DNA of 64,000 nt from Trueperaceae bacterium (GTDB lineage Bacteria > Deinococcota > Deinococci > Deinococcales > Trueperaceae), in the NCBI GenBank assembly GCA_965214405.1, contig OZ243956.1, forward strand, positions 704,001 through 768,000. Reading direction: 5' to 3'. The translations under genes and the position numbers were made by a program. Within the stretch, counting starts at the first letter, position 1; each line of letters begins with the position of its first letter. This document shows positions 1 to 8,894 of this stretch, one piece after another. The notes under the pieces were generated by a model. It worked only from the letters and a program-made list of their open reading frames with translations, was not told the DNA's origin and ran no database searches.

Positions 1-1232
1 TACCTTGCGTCCTCCTCCAAAAGCCGGTGCGCCGCCGTGGTGACGAGCCGCGCGCCCGTCGCGCCGAAGGGGTGCCCGAGCGACAAGGAGCCGCCCCAGG
101 GGTTGATTTTGTCCATATTTACCTCGCCCACCTTATGCTCCCGCCCCAGCTTCTCTTTAGCAAAGGTGCCTGACTCGAGCGCCTTTAACACCGCCAGCAC
201 CTGCCCCGCGAACGCCTCGTGGATTTCAATCACGCCGATGTCCCCAAGCGTCAGGCCCGCGCGCCCCAAGAGTTTGGGCACCGCGTAGGCCGGGCCGAGC
301 AGCAGCTCCTCGCCGGGGTCCTGGGCGACAAAGGTGTAGTCGCGCAGGTAAGCCTTGGGCGTGTAGCCGAGCGCCAGGGCGCGTTCTTCGGACATTAGAA
401 GCGTCGCGGCGGCCCCGTCGGTCAAGGGTGAGGCGTTGCCCGCGGTCACGGTGCCAAAAGGTTTGACAAAAACAGGGGGAAGGGACGCCAATTTTTCCAT
501 TGAGCTTTCTCGAAAAGTGTTGTCTTGCGTCAAGGGCTCGAAATCGGGGGGCAAGACCGCGGGGGTGATTTCGTCTTCCAACGTCCCCTCCCGCGTCGCC
601 TGGGCCGCCAAATGGTGCGAGCGCAGCGCGTACTCGTCTTGCTCGCGCCTCGAGACGCCAAAGGTGGCGGCGAGCTTGTCCGCGCTCTCCCCCATCGTCT
701 CGCCCGTCGAATACTCGGCGATGGCGGGCGCGCGGGGCAGGAGGTCGCTCGGGGACATCCCGGCGACCAATTTTCGGTACTCGAGCGGCGACTTGTATTT
801 GCGCGCCTCGAAGAGCCGCTTGCGCAGCTCCTTGGGGAACTGGAGCGGCACATCCGAAAGCGTCTCGGTCCCGCCCGCGATGACCACCTCCGCCTCGCCC
901 GTACGGATGAGGTCGGCGGCCCCCGCGATGGCTTGGTTCGCCGAGATGCAGGCCATCGTCACCGTGTGTGCGGGGACGTGATGGGGCAGCCCCGCCCCCA
1001 GCGCCGCCTCGCGCGCCACGTTGCTCGTCGCGGCGTTCTGGACGACGGTACCTAGAATAACGCGCTCGACGCAGGAGGGCTCGAGCCCAGTGCGCGTCAG
1101 CAGACCCTTGAGGACGGTGCGCGCCAGGTCGTAGGCGATGAGGTCGGTGTAGTCCGTGCCCGAGCGCCGGAAGGGGACGCGGCAGCCGTCGACGAGCACA
1201 GGGGTGCGGTTTTTTGGACTCGGTTCAATCAT
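1..1232 (-). CDS. Acetyl-CoA C-acyltransferase (thiolase, FadI/HADHB-like), 3' end outside window
   Basis: Not in ORF track (runs off edge). Manual translation from ATG 1232: MIEPSPKNRTPVLVDGCRVPF..., TVTMACISAN (active Cys), QDPGEELLLGPAY, IHEAFA, GHPFGATGARL. Confidence 0.9.
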   Translation of the reverse strand, partial: MIEPSPKNRTPVLVDGCRVPFRRSGTDYTDLIAYDLARTVLKGLLTRTGLEPSCVERVILGTVVQNAATSNVAREAALGAGLPHHVPAHTVTMACISANQAIAGAADLIRTGEAEVVIAGGTETLSDVPLQFPKELRKRLFEARKYKSPLEYRKLVAGMSPSDLLPRAPAIAEYSTGETMGESADKLAATFGVSRREQDEYALRSHHLAAQATREGTLEDEITPAVLPPDFEPLTQDNTFRESSMEKLASLPPVFVKPFGTVTAGNASPLTDGAAATLLMSEERALALGYTPKAYLRDYTFVAQDPGEELLLGPAYAVPKLLGRAGLTLGDIGVIEIHEAFAGQVLAVLKALESGTFAKEKLGREHKVGEVNMDKINPWGGSLSLGHPFGATGARLVTTAAHRLLEEDAR

Positions 1233-1332
1233 GCTTTAGTGTAGTACGTTTTGGGGGATGGGGCGGTTTGTCGGGGGAACGCCGCCCCAGGGCGAGCGCG
1301 TCGGCTACGCGTTCACCCCCCAACGAACAGGG

Positions 1333-1370
1333 CCAACGACAGGACCAACGACAGGACCAACGACAGGACC
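1333..1370. repeat. 12-bp tandem repeat (CCAACGACAGGA)x3
   Basis: Three exact copies read directly in the divergent intergenic region. Confidence 0.9.
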
Positions 1371-1495
1371 GCTCGAGGGGGTGAACGACCGACGGCGTGA
1401 GGCGCTATGAGGTGCCGCCGCCGCCGCGGGTTCGAAACGGCTCGAGCCAACGCAAAGGGGTTAAAGTAAATAGCGCAAGGGGTTAAAATAAAGAT

Positions 1496-1954
1496 GTGGA
1501 GAATGCGCCCGCTTCCGACCGTCACAGGTTTGAGCACCTGACGACGGTCGGGCCGGAGGACATCGACGAACTCGAGCACGTCAACAACGCCGTCTATTTG
1601 CAGTACGTCGAGGCGGTGGGTCGGGCGCACGCTGAACACTTCGGGCTGACGTTGGAGGGGTTTAGGGCCTGCGGCGTCGTTCCCGTTATCCGTCGCCACG
1701 TCGTGACCTATCACCGCCCCGCCCTCCTGGGCGACACGCTGCGCGTGAGCACGCGCGTCACCCAGATGGATGGTCCCAGGGCGGAAAGGCATAATCAGGT
1801 GCGGCGCGCGGACACGAACGCGCTCCTGGTCGACGTGGTGACGCAGTGGGTTTGGCTCGACCCCGTCAGCGGGCGGCCCAAACGCGTCCCGCGCGCCGTG
1901 CAGGAGGCGTTCGGATTTTTAGCGGAGGATCAAGATAAAGAAGCTGGAACATAG
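1496..1954 (+). CDS. Acyl-CoA thioesterase (4HBT/YbgC-like hotdog fold)
   Basis: DIDELEHVNNAVY motif, 152 aa; TAAAAT 6 nt before the GTG. Confidence 0.85.
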   Translation: MENAPASDRHRFEHLTTVGPEDIDELEHVNNAVYLQYVEAVGRAHAEHFGLTLEGFRACGVVPVIRRHVVTYHRPALLGDTLRVSTRVTQMDGPRAERHNQVRRADTNALLVDVVTQWVWLDPVSGRPKRVPRAVQEAFGFLAEDQDKEAGT

Positions 1955-2136
1955 CCTATAAAAGGTAAATTTTTCATCTCGGTTCTAGTGACACTTGCTA
2001 TTCACAAAAGGCCCTTGACGTTGCAACAAACGCAACAAGGCCACACTTCGCAACCTCCTTACTTCCGCCTTCTCCTTGCTTCTCTCGTCCAGCGCCCCAA
2101 AAACCCGCTCGGCTGGCTCTTAAAGGTCAACAGACT

Positions 2137-3402
2137 TTAGTCGAGGTGGTAGAGGCCGGTCCAGCGGCGGTCGAGACGGTGCTTGAGCCACAGCAGCGCG
2201 CGGCCCCGCAGCCACAGAGTCGGGCCTAAAGCGAGCATCGCTTCGGGCGCGCCCGTCGAGAGGAGGTAGGGCGACACCGGGTGGGGGCGAAAAGGCTCGA
2301 GCCGCACTCTCTCGAGCCGCCTGCCCCGCCCCGCGGCCCGCACAAGGCGGTCTAGGTTGTCGCGCAGCACTAGCCCCTCGCGCACCGCGTTGACGCCCGA
2401 ACGGTTAAGGTCAAGACCCTCGACCGCGGCGCAGTCCCCGGCGGCGAACAGCCACGGGGCCGCGACGGAGCGCAGATCGCGCCCCACGCGCATATAACCC
2501 TCCTCGGTGACCGGCAGCCCCGCCTCGCGGAAGAGCGGCTGTCCGGCGGTGCCGGTGGCCCAGAGGACGAGGTCGGCGGGGAGGCGTGCGCCACGCTCGA
2601 GGACCACACAGTGTGTTGCAGATTGTTGTGAAGAGTGGCCCGCACAGTATCCTGCATTGTCTTTTACACCGGCTTCTACACTGGCTTCTACACCGGCTTC
2701 TACAGAAGTTTTCTCGACGCACGCGACCTTTTCTCCCAGACGCAGCGCCACCCCGCGCGCCCGCAGCATCCTTTCGGCCCGCCGCCCCAGTCCCGGCCCA
2801 AACTGCGGTGTGAGGCGGTCTTCAGGATGAATGAGGATGAGGCGCAGGGCGTCGGGACGCGCGCTCCGCCGGAGGCGCGCGCTCAGGTTGAGCGTCACCT
2901 CCGTGCCCGCCGGGCCGCCGCCCACGACCACCAACGTGCGCCGGGGTTGAGGCCGGGAGAGCACCCCCTCGAGCCATCCCCCAAGCTCCTCGATGTGACG
3001 CAGGGGCTTGGTGAGCACCGCGTCGCCCGCTTTACGCTGTAGAGGGTTGGTGGCGCCCACGTTGAACACGGCGAGGTCGCAGGGCAGCGCGAAACCGCTC
3101 TCTGTACGAAGCACGCGCCGGGCGACGTTTAAGCTCGAGACGGGCGAACACACGAAGCGAACGCCGTTTTTGCGGCACCAGCCCGCCAGGTCGATACGCA
3201 CCTCGTCAAGCCGGTATCTGCCGCCGACGTACTCGGGCGTCATCCCCGAATAGAAGAGGTAGGGCGCGTCATTAACAAGCGTAACCTGGACGCCTCGGCG
3301 GGTCCAGCGCCCCGCCGCCTTGAGCACGGCGACGTTCGCGTGGCCCCCGCCGACGAGCAGCAGGCGCAGGGGTCCGGTACCGGGTACGGTGTCGGGCGTG
3401 AG
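2137..3402 (-). CDS. FAD-dependent pyridine nucleotide-disulfide oxidoreductase (NDH-2/SelD N-terminal-like); true start uncertain
   Basis: Open frame extends upstream of the ORF-track GTG (3327) to include LLLVGGGHAN; second Rossmann VVVGGGPAGTE; FAAGDCA. No ATG/GTG/TTG between the upstream TAG (3403-3405) and the first motif. Confidence 0.8.
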   Translation of the reverse strand, partial: LTPDTVPGTGPLRLLLVGGGHANVAVLKAAGRWTRRGVQVTLVNDAPYLFYSGMTPEYVGGRYRLDEVRIDLAGWCRKNGVRFVCSPVSSLNVARRVLRTESGFALPCDLAVFNVGATNPLQRKAGDAVLTKPLRHIEELGGWLEGVLSRPQPRRTLVVVGGGPAGTEVTLNLSARLRRSARPDALRLILIHPEDRLTPQFGPGLGRRAERMLRARGVALRLGEKVACVEKTSVEAGVEASVEAGVKDNAGYCAGHSSQQSATHCVVLERGARLPADLVLWATGTAGQPLFREAGLPVTEEGYMRVGRDLRSVAAPWLFAAGDCAAVEGLDLNRSGVNAVREGLVLRDNLDRLVRAAGRGRRLERVRLEPFRPHPVSPYLLSTGAPEAMLALGPTLWLRGRALLWLKHRLDRRWTGLYHLD

Positions 3403-3906
3403 CTACCCGCGCCCGCGCAACTCGCGGACGGCGCGCAAAGCCTCGGGCACCGCGAGCGCCGCCGACGCTGCCGAGGCGAGCGTGGCGACCTGGCAATACT
3501 GGCACAAGGCTTTGTTGTCGCGCCACTCCTCGCGGGCCAGCTCGAGCGCGTTCAGCGTGTCGTACGCTGTCTTAAATCCCATTGCGAGGGGCACGAGCGG
3601 AAGCTGCCGCGCCCGGTCCTCGCCGCCCGCCCCGGCCAGCCAGGCCGTCACCGCGTAGGTCGTCACCATCGCCAGCCCGTCGGGTGACTCGAAGCGGCTA
3701 TAGGCGTAATCCGACGCGTCCACCCTGGTCGCGTTAAAGGGTCCCTCGGGCGGGTCGGGCAAACGCGAGACAATGCCCATCTGGTAGAGCGAAACAAGCT
3801 GCCCCATCGCGGCCCCCAGCAAACTCAGGCCGACAATCCAGCGGCGGCGCTTGAGGTCGGGCGTGCGACCTTTACGGAGTTCGTAACTCAGTCTTGTTGG
3901 ATTCAT
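3403..3906 (-). CDS. Vitamin K epoxide reductase (VKOR)-family membrane protein
   Basis: ATG 3906 with GGAGG RBS; hydrophobic helices; C-terminal CQYC (CxxC) before the last helix. Confidence 0.75.
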   Translation of the reverse strand: MNPTRLSYELRKGRTPDLKRRRWIVGLSLLGAAMGQLVSLYQMGIVSRLPDPPEGPFNATRVDASDYAYSRFESPDGLAMVTTYAVTAWLAGAGGEDRARQLPLVPLAMGFKTAYDTLNALELAREEWRDNKALCQYCQVATLASAASAALAVPEALRAVRELRGRG

Positions 3907-4239
3907 GTGCTTGCCTCCCCTTGTAATGTTGATACCCACTGAACCTGCGCTTATTCGCCACCCAGAGGGCTCGAGCAAAAAAACGCACGTCACGCACCGG
4001 CAAAAAGGTTGAGCGAAAACGAACATACGTAACCAGCCACACCCCCAGCCCCTGTGTCTACAAATTAAACTTGGACGCCCCAAAAGACCGCGCCCCGTCT
4101 CGCAATCGGGCCGCCGCGCGGTGTAGGGCAACCCTCCGCCCTCTCGCCTCCGGCTTTCACGTCTGCTCTTCGCACCTGCCCCACCCCCGCGAACGCGGAT
4201 GTAACATTTTTACCCGCCCATCTCGCGTACACTGGGAGG

Positions 4240-5688
4240 ATGAAAAGGGAACGGTGGGAGACGGCCCCGAGAACATCCCGACCCCTCATCCTGTGCGCGC
4301 TGTATGTGGTGCTGTCCGTGAGCGCGTCTTTGCTGGGACAGGCGGCGGCGCAGCTTTCGCCCGAGGCGCAAGAGGCGCTCAACCGGGCGACGGTCCTCGC
4401 CAGCCGGGCGCAGACGACCTACCAGAACACCGTCAACAACATCGACCAGCCCCTCTGGCGCGACGCCATCACGGCGGGGGAAGAGGCTCTGGACCGTGCG
4501 CCCGAAGCGCCCGAGCCGCTACGTTTTTTGGCGCAGAGCTACGCGGCGGTCGGTTGGGACATTCGCGCGTGGGGTTTTTGGCTCCGCTACTTAGACGCGG
4601 GCGGCGCGCTCGACGCGAGCGTGCGGGAGGGGCTCGGCGCGGTCGGCAACCGGCTCGGCTACGCCCGTTACAGCGCAGGTGATTTGGCGGGCGCGCTCGA
4701 GTATTACAGGGGCGTGAACGCGCGCGTGCCGGGCGACCGCGAGGCCAACCTGTGGCTGGGCCGCATCTTTTTTGAACTTGGTCAGCCAGAGGACGCCCTC
4801 CCCTACTGGCAACAGCTCGTCGAGGCCTCCCCCGACGACCAGGGTGCGCGTTATTATCTAGGGCGAACTCAGCAGCAACTCGCGTTCGGTGTAGAAGCCA
4901 GCAACGCGTTTCAGCAGGGCGTTACGCTTTACGAAAGCGGCAGGCTCGAGGAGGCGCTGACAAACTTTCGCGCGGCGTATGGGGCCAACCCCGCATTTAC
5001 CGACGCCCTGGTGTGGACGGGGCGCACGGCGCTGGAGTTGGGTCACTCGGACGAGGCCAAGGCGGCCTGGGAGGGGGTCTTGGCGCGCAACCCGGACGAC
5101 GCCAGGGCGCGCTACTTCTTGAGCGTCGCCGAGGACCAGCTCACCTGGGGCGCGGAGGCGGTGGGGGCGTTCGAGGCGGGGATGGCGCGGTATAACGCGG
5201 GCGACTTCAGAGCCGCCGCCGACCTTTTTGCGGGGGCTTTAGAAGCCAATCCCGACTACAAAGACGCGGCGGTGTGGGCCGCGCGCTCTTTTCAGGAGTC
5301 CGAGCAGGCGCAGCAGGCCGTGGCCTACTGGAGAAGAGCCCAGGCGCTGGACCCTGACGACACGCGCATCCCCTACTTTCTGGGCCTCGCCCGCGACCAG
5401 GCGCGCTTTGGCGCGGCGGCCGCGAGCAGCTTTTCTCAGGGTTTGTCGAGCTACCAACTCGCCGACTACGTCGACGCCAAGGCGGCTTTTCAGAGGGCCA
5501 CTGAGGCCAACCCCGACTACGCCGACGCCTGGGGCTGGCTGGGCCGTATTTATTTTGAGGGGGCGGAGTACAGGGCGGCGGCCAACGCTTACGGGCGCGC
5601 GGTGGCGCTCGAGCCCGACAACGACTCCTACACCTTTTTCGCCGAGGAGGCCGCGCGCTTGGCCGCCGAGGCGCAAGGGGATGGTTAG
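4240..5688 (+). CDS. Exported tetratricopeptide-repeat protein
   Basis: Signal-peptide-like N-terminus; repeated TPR patterns (A..W.GR, A..NP....A); TACACT 6 nt and GGAGG before the ATG. Confidence 0.85.
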   Translation: MKRERWETAPRTSRPLILCALYVVLSVSASLLGQAAAQLSPEAQEALNRATVLASRAQTTYQNTVNNIDQPLWRDAITAGEEALDRAPEAPEPLRFLAQSYAAVGWDIRAWGFWLRYLDAGGALDASVREGLGAVGNRLGYARYSAGDLAGALEYYRGVNARVPGDREANLWLGRIFFELGQPEDALPYWQQLVEASPDDQGARYYLGRTQQQLAFGVEASNAFQQGVTLYESGRLEEALTNFRAAYGANPAFTDALVWTGRTALELGHSDEAKAAWEGVLARNPDDARARYFLSVAEDQLTWGAEAVGAFEAGMARYNAGDFRAAADLFAGALEANPDYKDAAVWAARSFQESEQAQQAVAYWRRAQALDPDDTRIPYFLGLARDQARFGAAAASSFSQGLSSYQLADYVDAKAAFQRATEANPDYADAWGWLGRIYFEGAEYRAAANAYGRAVALEPDNDSYTFFAEEAARLAAEAQGDG

Positions 5689-5696
5689 AAAACGGT

Positions 5697-5722
5697 GAGG
5701 CCAAGCGACGAGGCCAAGCGAC
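5697..5722. repeat. 13-bp direct repeat (GAGGCCAAGCGAC)x2
   Basis: Two exact adjacent copies between the TPR and S41 genes. Confidence 0.8.
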
Positions 5723-5772
5723 AACGTTAAACCCTCCACAGTGTTTCCCTGTCTCCTGCGCTAAACTTCGTC

Positions 5773-7113
5773 ATGTTCCCCAAAACGTTTTGCCGGTCGC
5801 TCCTCGCGCTGCTCGCTTCTTTTCTGCTGGCAGGCGCGTTCGCTCAGGGTTCGCCGCGAGGTGGAGTGTACGGCGAACTGCGCGGCGAGCTGTGGGCCAC
5901 GCAGAAGGGCCGTGAAGTCGTTTTTGAGGCTCTGGTCGATATTTTCAAAGACAACTATTGGAACGAGGCGTTTACAGACTGGGACGCGTGGGCTGAAGGC
6001 TACCGCGACGAGGCGCTAAACGCGCCCACACGCGCCGCCTTTGACGCGGCGGTCGGACGGATGGTGGTCGCGCTTGACGACCATCACTCGAGCTGGATTG
6101 GCCTCGTTGATAACGTGGATGAGGGGGCGGGCGGCGAGGTTTCTCGAGGCAGGGCGTCACCGGGTCTGGGCATCGTCCACGAGTATCTGCCCGGCAGCGG
6201 CGTCGTGGTGAGGCGCGTGTACCCGCAAACGCCAGCGGCGGCTCTTCTGCAACGGGGCGACGTTATCAAAAATGTGAACGCTCACGACGTACGCGACGCC
6301 AACGCTTACGACGTGAGCGCCGCGTTTCGCGCCGCCGTCGCCACAGGCGAGGTGAGGCTGGAGGTGCAACGCAAACGCGAGAATCTTCAGGTCACTCTCG
6401 TACCCGCGCCCGTCCGCTGGGCCGAGGTGCAGGGGCTGCCGCAGGCCGAAATGCTCGACGCGACCACGGGCTATCTCTATATGCCCACCTTCAACACGCC
6501 CCGCGTGGCCGAGGAGGTCCACCGGCTGCTCACTGATCTAGAGGCGCAGGGCGCGCAGTCGCTCGTGCTCGACTTGCGCGGCAATTTGGGCGGGCGCTTG
6601 AGCGAGTTGGGGCTCGTGCTGGGCGCGTTCGTCGAGGGTCCCTGGGCGCAGGCGGTGAGCCGGGAGGAGGTGGTCTGGCGGAGTTCGTACGAGCTCGAGG
6701 ACGGCGCGGGACACAGTTTTTTAGAGGGCAGAAACGTGTTTAACGACGAGGTGCTCGAGCACCCCGCCAGCTTCGGGGGTGCCTTGGTCGTTCTGGTTGA
6801 CCACACCAACTCGTCCGCGGGCGAAATCGCCGCGCTGGTGCTCCAAAATTTAGGCCGCGCGACCGTCATCGGCGAGGCCACCGAGGGCAACGTGGAGGCG
6901 GTGCGCGGCTTTAGGCTACCCGACGGCTCTTTGGTCATGGTCGCGGTCGCCAACATGCAGAGCGCTTCCGGCGAAACCTTTGACGGCGGCGTGGTGCCCG
7001 ACGTCGAGGCGCGCGAGACGCTGGAGGAACTCGCCAGGGGCTTCGACGCTCCCGTCGCCGAGGCGCTGCGGGCGCTTAAGAGGCTGCCCTTTACGCCGGG
7101 GAGGTTCTTTTAG
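5773..7113 (+). CDS. S41-family carboxyl-terminal protease with PDZ domain
   Basis: Signal peptide, PDZ (GLGI...TPA...GDVI), LVLDLRGNLGG, NSSAGE, GGVVPDV. Confidence 0.9.
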   Translation: MFPKTFCRSLLALLASFLLAGAFAQGSPRGGVYGELRGELWATQKGREVVFEALVDIFKDNYWNEAFTDWDAWAEGYRDEALNAPTRAAFDAAVGRMVVALDDHHSSWIGLVDNVDEGAGGEVSRGRASPGLGIVHEYLPGSGVVVRRVYPQTPAAALLQRGDVIKNVNAHDVRDANAYDVSAAFRAAVATGEVRLEVQRKRENLQVTLVPAPVRWAEVQGLPQAEMLDATTGYLYMPTFNTPRVAEEVHRLLTDLEAQGAQSLVLDLRGNLGGRLSELGLVLGAFVEGPWAQAVSREEVVWRSSYELEDGAGHSFLEGRNVFNDEVLEHPASFGGALVVLVDHTNSSAGEIAALVLQNLGRATVIGEATEGNVEAVRGFRLPDGSLVMVAVANMQSASGETFDGGVVPDVEARETLEELARGFDAPVAEALRALKRLPFTPGRFF

Positions 7114-7165
7114 CTCTTGCGTAACGGTTTTTAGCCCCACTTAGACATCAGTGGTATAGTTGTTT

Positions 7166-7414
7166 ATGCCAACGACCTATCGCGCTCTACTTAAGGGTGA
7201 CCAGCTCGAGTGGCAGGACGAAGCGCCCGCACAGGCGCAGGGGCAAGCCGTGCTGGTTCAGGTAACTCTGCTTGGGAGAGACACGACGGTTCAGGGGGAA
7301 CGGATGGCGGCGGCTTTGGAAAAACTCGCTGCCTTGCGAACCTTTGCCGATGAAGATGACCCGGCGGCCTGGGAACGGAATGGACGGCAAGAGCGCACTT
7401 TACCCGGTAGATAG
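7166..7414 (+). CDS. Putative antitoxin of the downstream VapC
   Basis: Small ORF overlapping the PIN gene start; DPAAW.R..RQERTLPGR tail; TATAGT 5 nt before the ATG. Confidence 0.7.
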   Translation: MPTTYRALLKGDQLEWQDEAPAQAQGQAVLVQVTLLGRDTTVQGERMAAALEKLAALRTFADEDDPAAWERNGRQERTLPGR

Positions 7415-7788
7415 TGCTCATCGACAGCAACATCATTATTTATGCCTCACACCCCCAAAACGCTTGGCTGCGACAGTTTATCGCTCAACATGCTCCGGCG
7501 GTGTCAGCAATAAGCTACGTTGAAGTTCTCGGCTATCATAGCCTTACCGAAGAGGACAAAACGCTTCTCGAGACCTTTTTCGACGCCGCCACCTTGCTGC
7601 CTATCGGCGCGCGCGTTCTCGAGCAAGCGGCGAAGCTCCGTCAGGTGCGTAAAATGACCTTGGGAGACGCTCTCGTTGCCGCCACAGCTTTGGTTCACGG
7701 GCGCACGTTGGTAACACGTAACACGGGAGACTTCGCCTGGATTCCCGGCTTGAAACTTCTGAATCCCTTCAGCGAAACTGCAGGTTGA
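7414..7788 (+). CDS. VapC-family PIN-domain toxin
   Basis: LIDSNIIIY, SAISYVE, GDALVAATA, LVTRNTGDF. Confidence 0.9.
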   Translation: MLIDSNIIIYASHPQNAWLRQFIAQHAPAVSAISYVEVLGYHSLTEEDKTLLETFFDAATLLPIGARVLEQAAKLRQVRKMTLGDALVAATALVHGRTLVTRNTGDFAWIPGLKLLNPFSETAG

Positions 7789-7906
7789 ATTTTGGTGCTC
7801 GAGTCCCTGCTACCCGAGCTGCTGGCCGCGCTCGAGCGCAGCGAGATGTTACTGGAAGTTTCCTGAAAATCCGAACGATTTTCAGTTTCCCCACCTTTAA
7901 TGGTTA

Positions 7907-8227
7907 TCAATTGCCAAACAATCCGTCCCGTTCTTCTTCTTCATAGAGTCGTTCTACAATGAATTGTTTGATGAGATTCTTGTAATCTACACCCTTGAGT
8001 TCTTCCTGACGCCGCAACCTGTCCTTTACACCTTTATCTAGCCAGATGGTTACTTGCTTTAAGTCTCTCGGTCTGGGAGGTGGAATACTCGCAGGACCTT
8101 TCCTTAGTAAACGGTAGGAAAGCTCACCTCCTAAAGCGTGTGTCATCCGGAACTCGCGCTCCTCCTCGTCGTTCTCGAATTTAGGCACTTCCTTCAAGCT
8201 CGTAATTATCTTCAGCGGTTTTTCCAT
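7907..8227 (-). CDS. CopG/BrnA-like antitoxin, apparently orphan
   Basis: VPKFENDEEEREF..TH and an RHH-like C-terminus (GVDYKNLIKQFIVERL). Confidence 0.7.
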   Translation of the reverse strand: MEKPLKIITSLKEVPKFENDEEEREFRMTHALGGELSYRLLRKGPASIPPPRPRDLKQVTIWLDKGVKDRLRRQEELKGVDYKNLIKQFIVERLYEEEERDGLFGN

Positions 8228-8350
8228 AACCCCTCTAGCTTTACTAATTCCGTTGGTTGTAGAGACGCCTTTGAGTCTGGTTTACCTTTGTCACAGGGAG
8301 TGGTCAAATCCTTTGTTGCGTTGCTTGAGTCAAGCCTAAGCTATAGCTTT

Positions 8351-8752
8351 TTACTCCTCGCCTTTTGCTTGGATGTTTTTGACTTTTTCTCTGTAGCGCT
8401 CATCAAGTTCTTCCTCTTTCTTTAGCAATTCCAAACACCCATGCGTGTTGAGGAGGTTCCTCACCTCCTCGATGCTTTCATTTTTGACTTCAACCCGGTC
8501 ATGACTTTGAAATTCAGGAGGAGTAAGAACACCGAGAACCGTGCTCATTACGTCAAGGTAGTGTCTGCCAGTAAGATACCCCAATGCTTTGGCTATGTTT
8601 CGTAAGGACATCTCTTCATGCAACACGATGATAAGCGGTGCGAGGTCACCTTCCGGAATACCTTCTGGAAAAGCGTTTTCAAGCATCGCGTGCGTTTCTT
8701 TCAGGTATGCAGGAAGCTCGGTAGTTTGTTCAAATTTTGACTCGTCATCCAT
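8351..8752 (-). CDS. Hypothetical protein, DUF3349-like
   Basis: ATG 8752; LENAFPEGIPEGDLAPLIIVL resembles the DUF3349 YPEGVP..D..PLLALL pattern; low GC. Confidence 0.55.
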   Translation of the reverse strand: MDDESKFEQTTELPAYLKETHAMLENAFPEGIPEGDLAPLIIVLHEEMSLRNIAKALGYLTGRHYLDVMSTVLGVLTPPEFQSHDRVEVKNESIEEVRNLLNTHGCLELLKKEEELDERYREKVKNIQAKGEE

Positions 8753-8894
8753 CTGATTCACCTTGTGCAGAATCGAAAAGCTTGGAAAGCACTGATACAA
8801 ACATTTGTACCAAATGGGCCTATAATCCCCTTGTGAATGTTGGCACAAGAGATAATGCGGTTGAGGTTCGGGGTTGGGTTTAGAGGAGGATAAG

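Noticed and set aside
3403..3405. Selenocysteine or pyrrolysine recoding
   Set aside because: The codon is UAG, not UGA, and falls in a linker rather than an active site; no pyl or sel genes are in the window.
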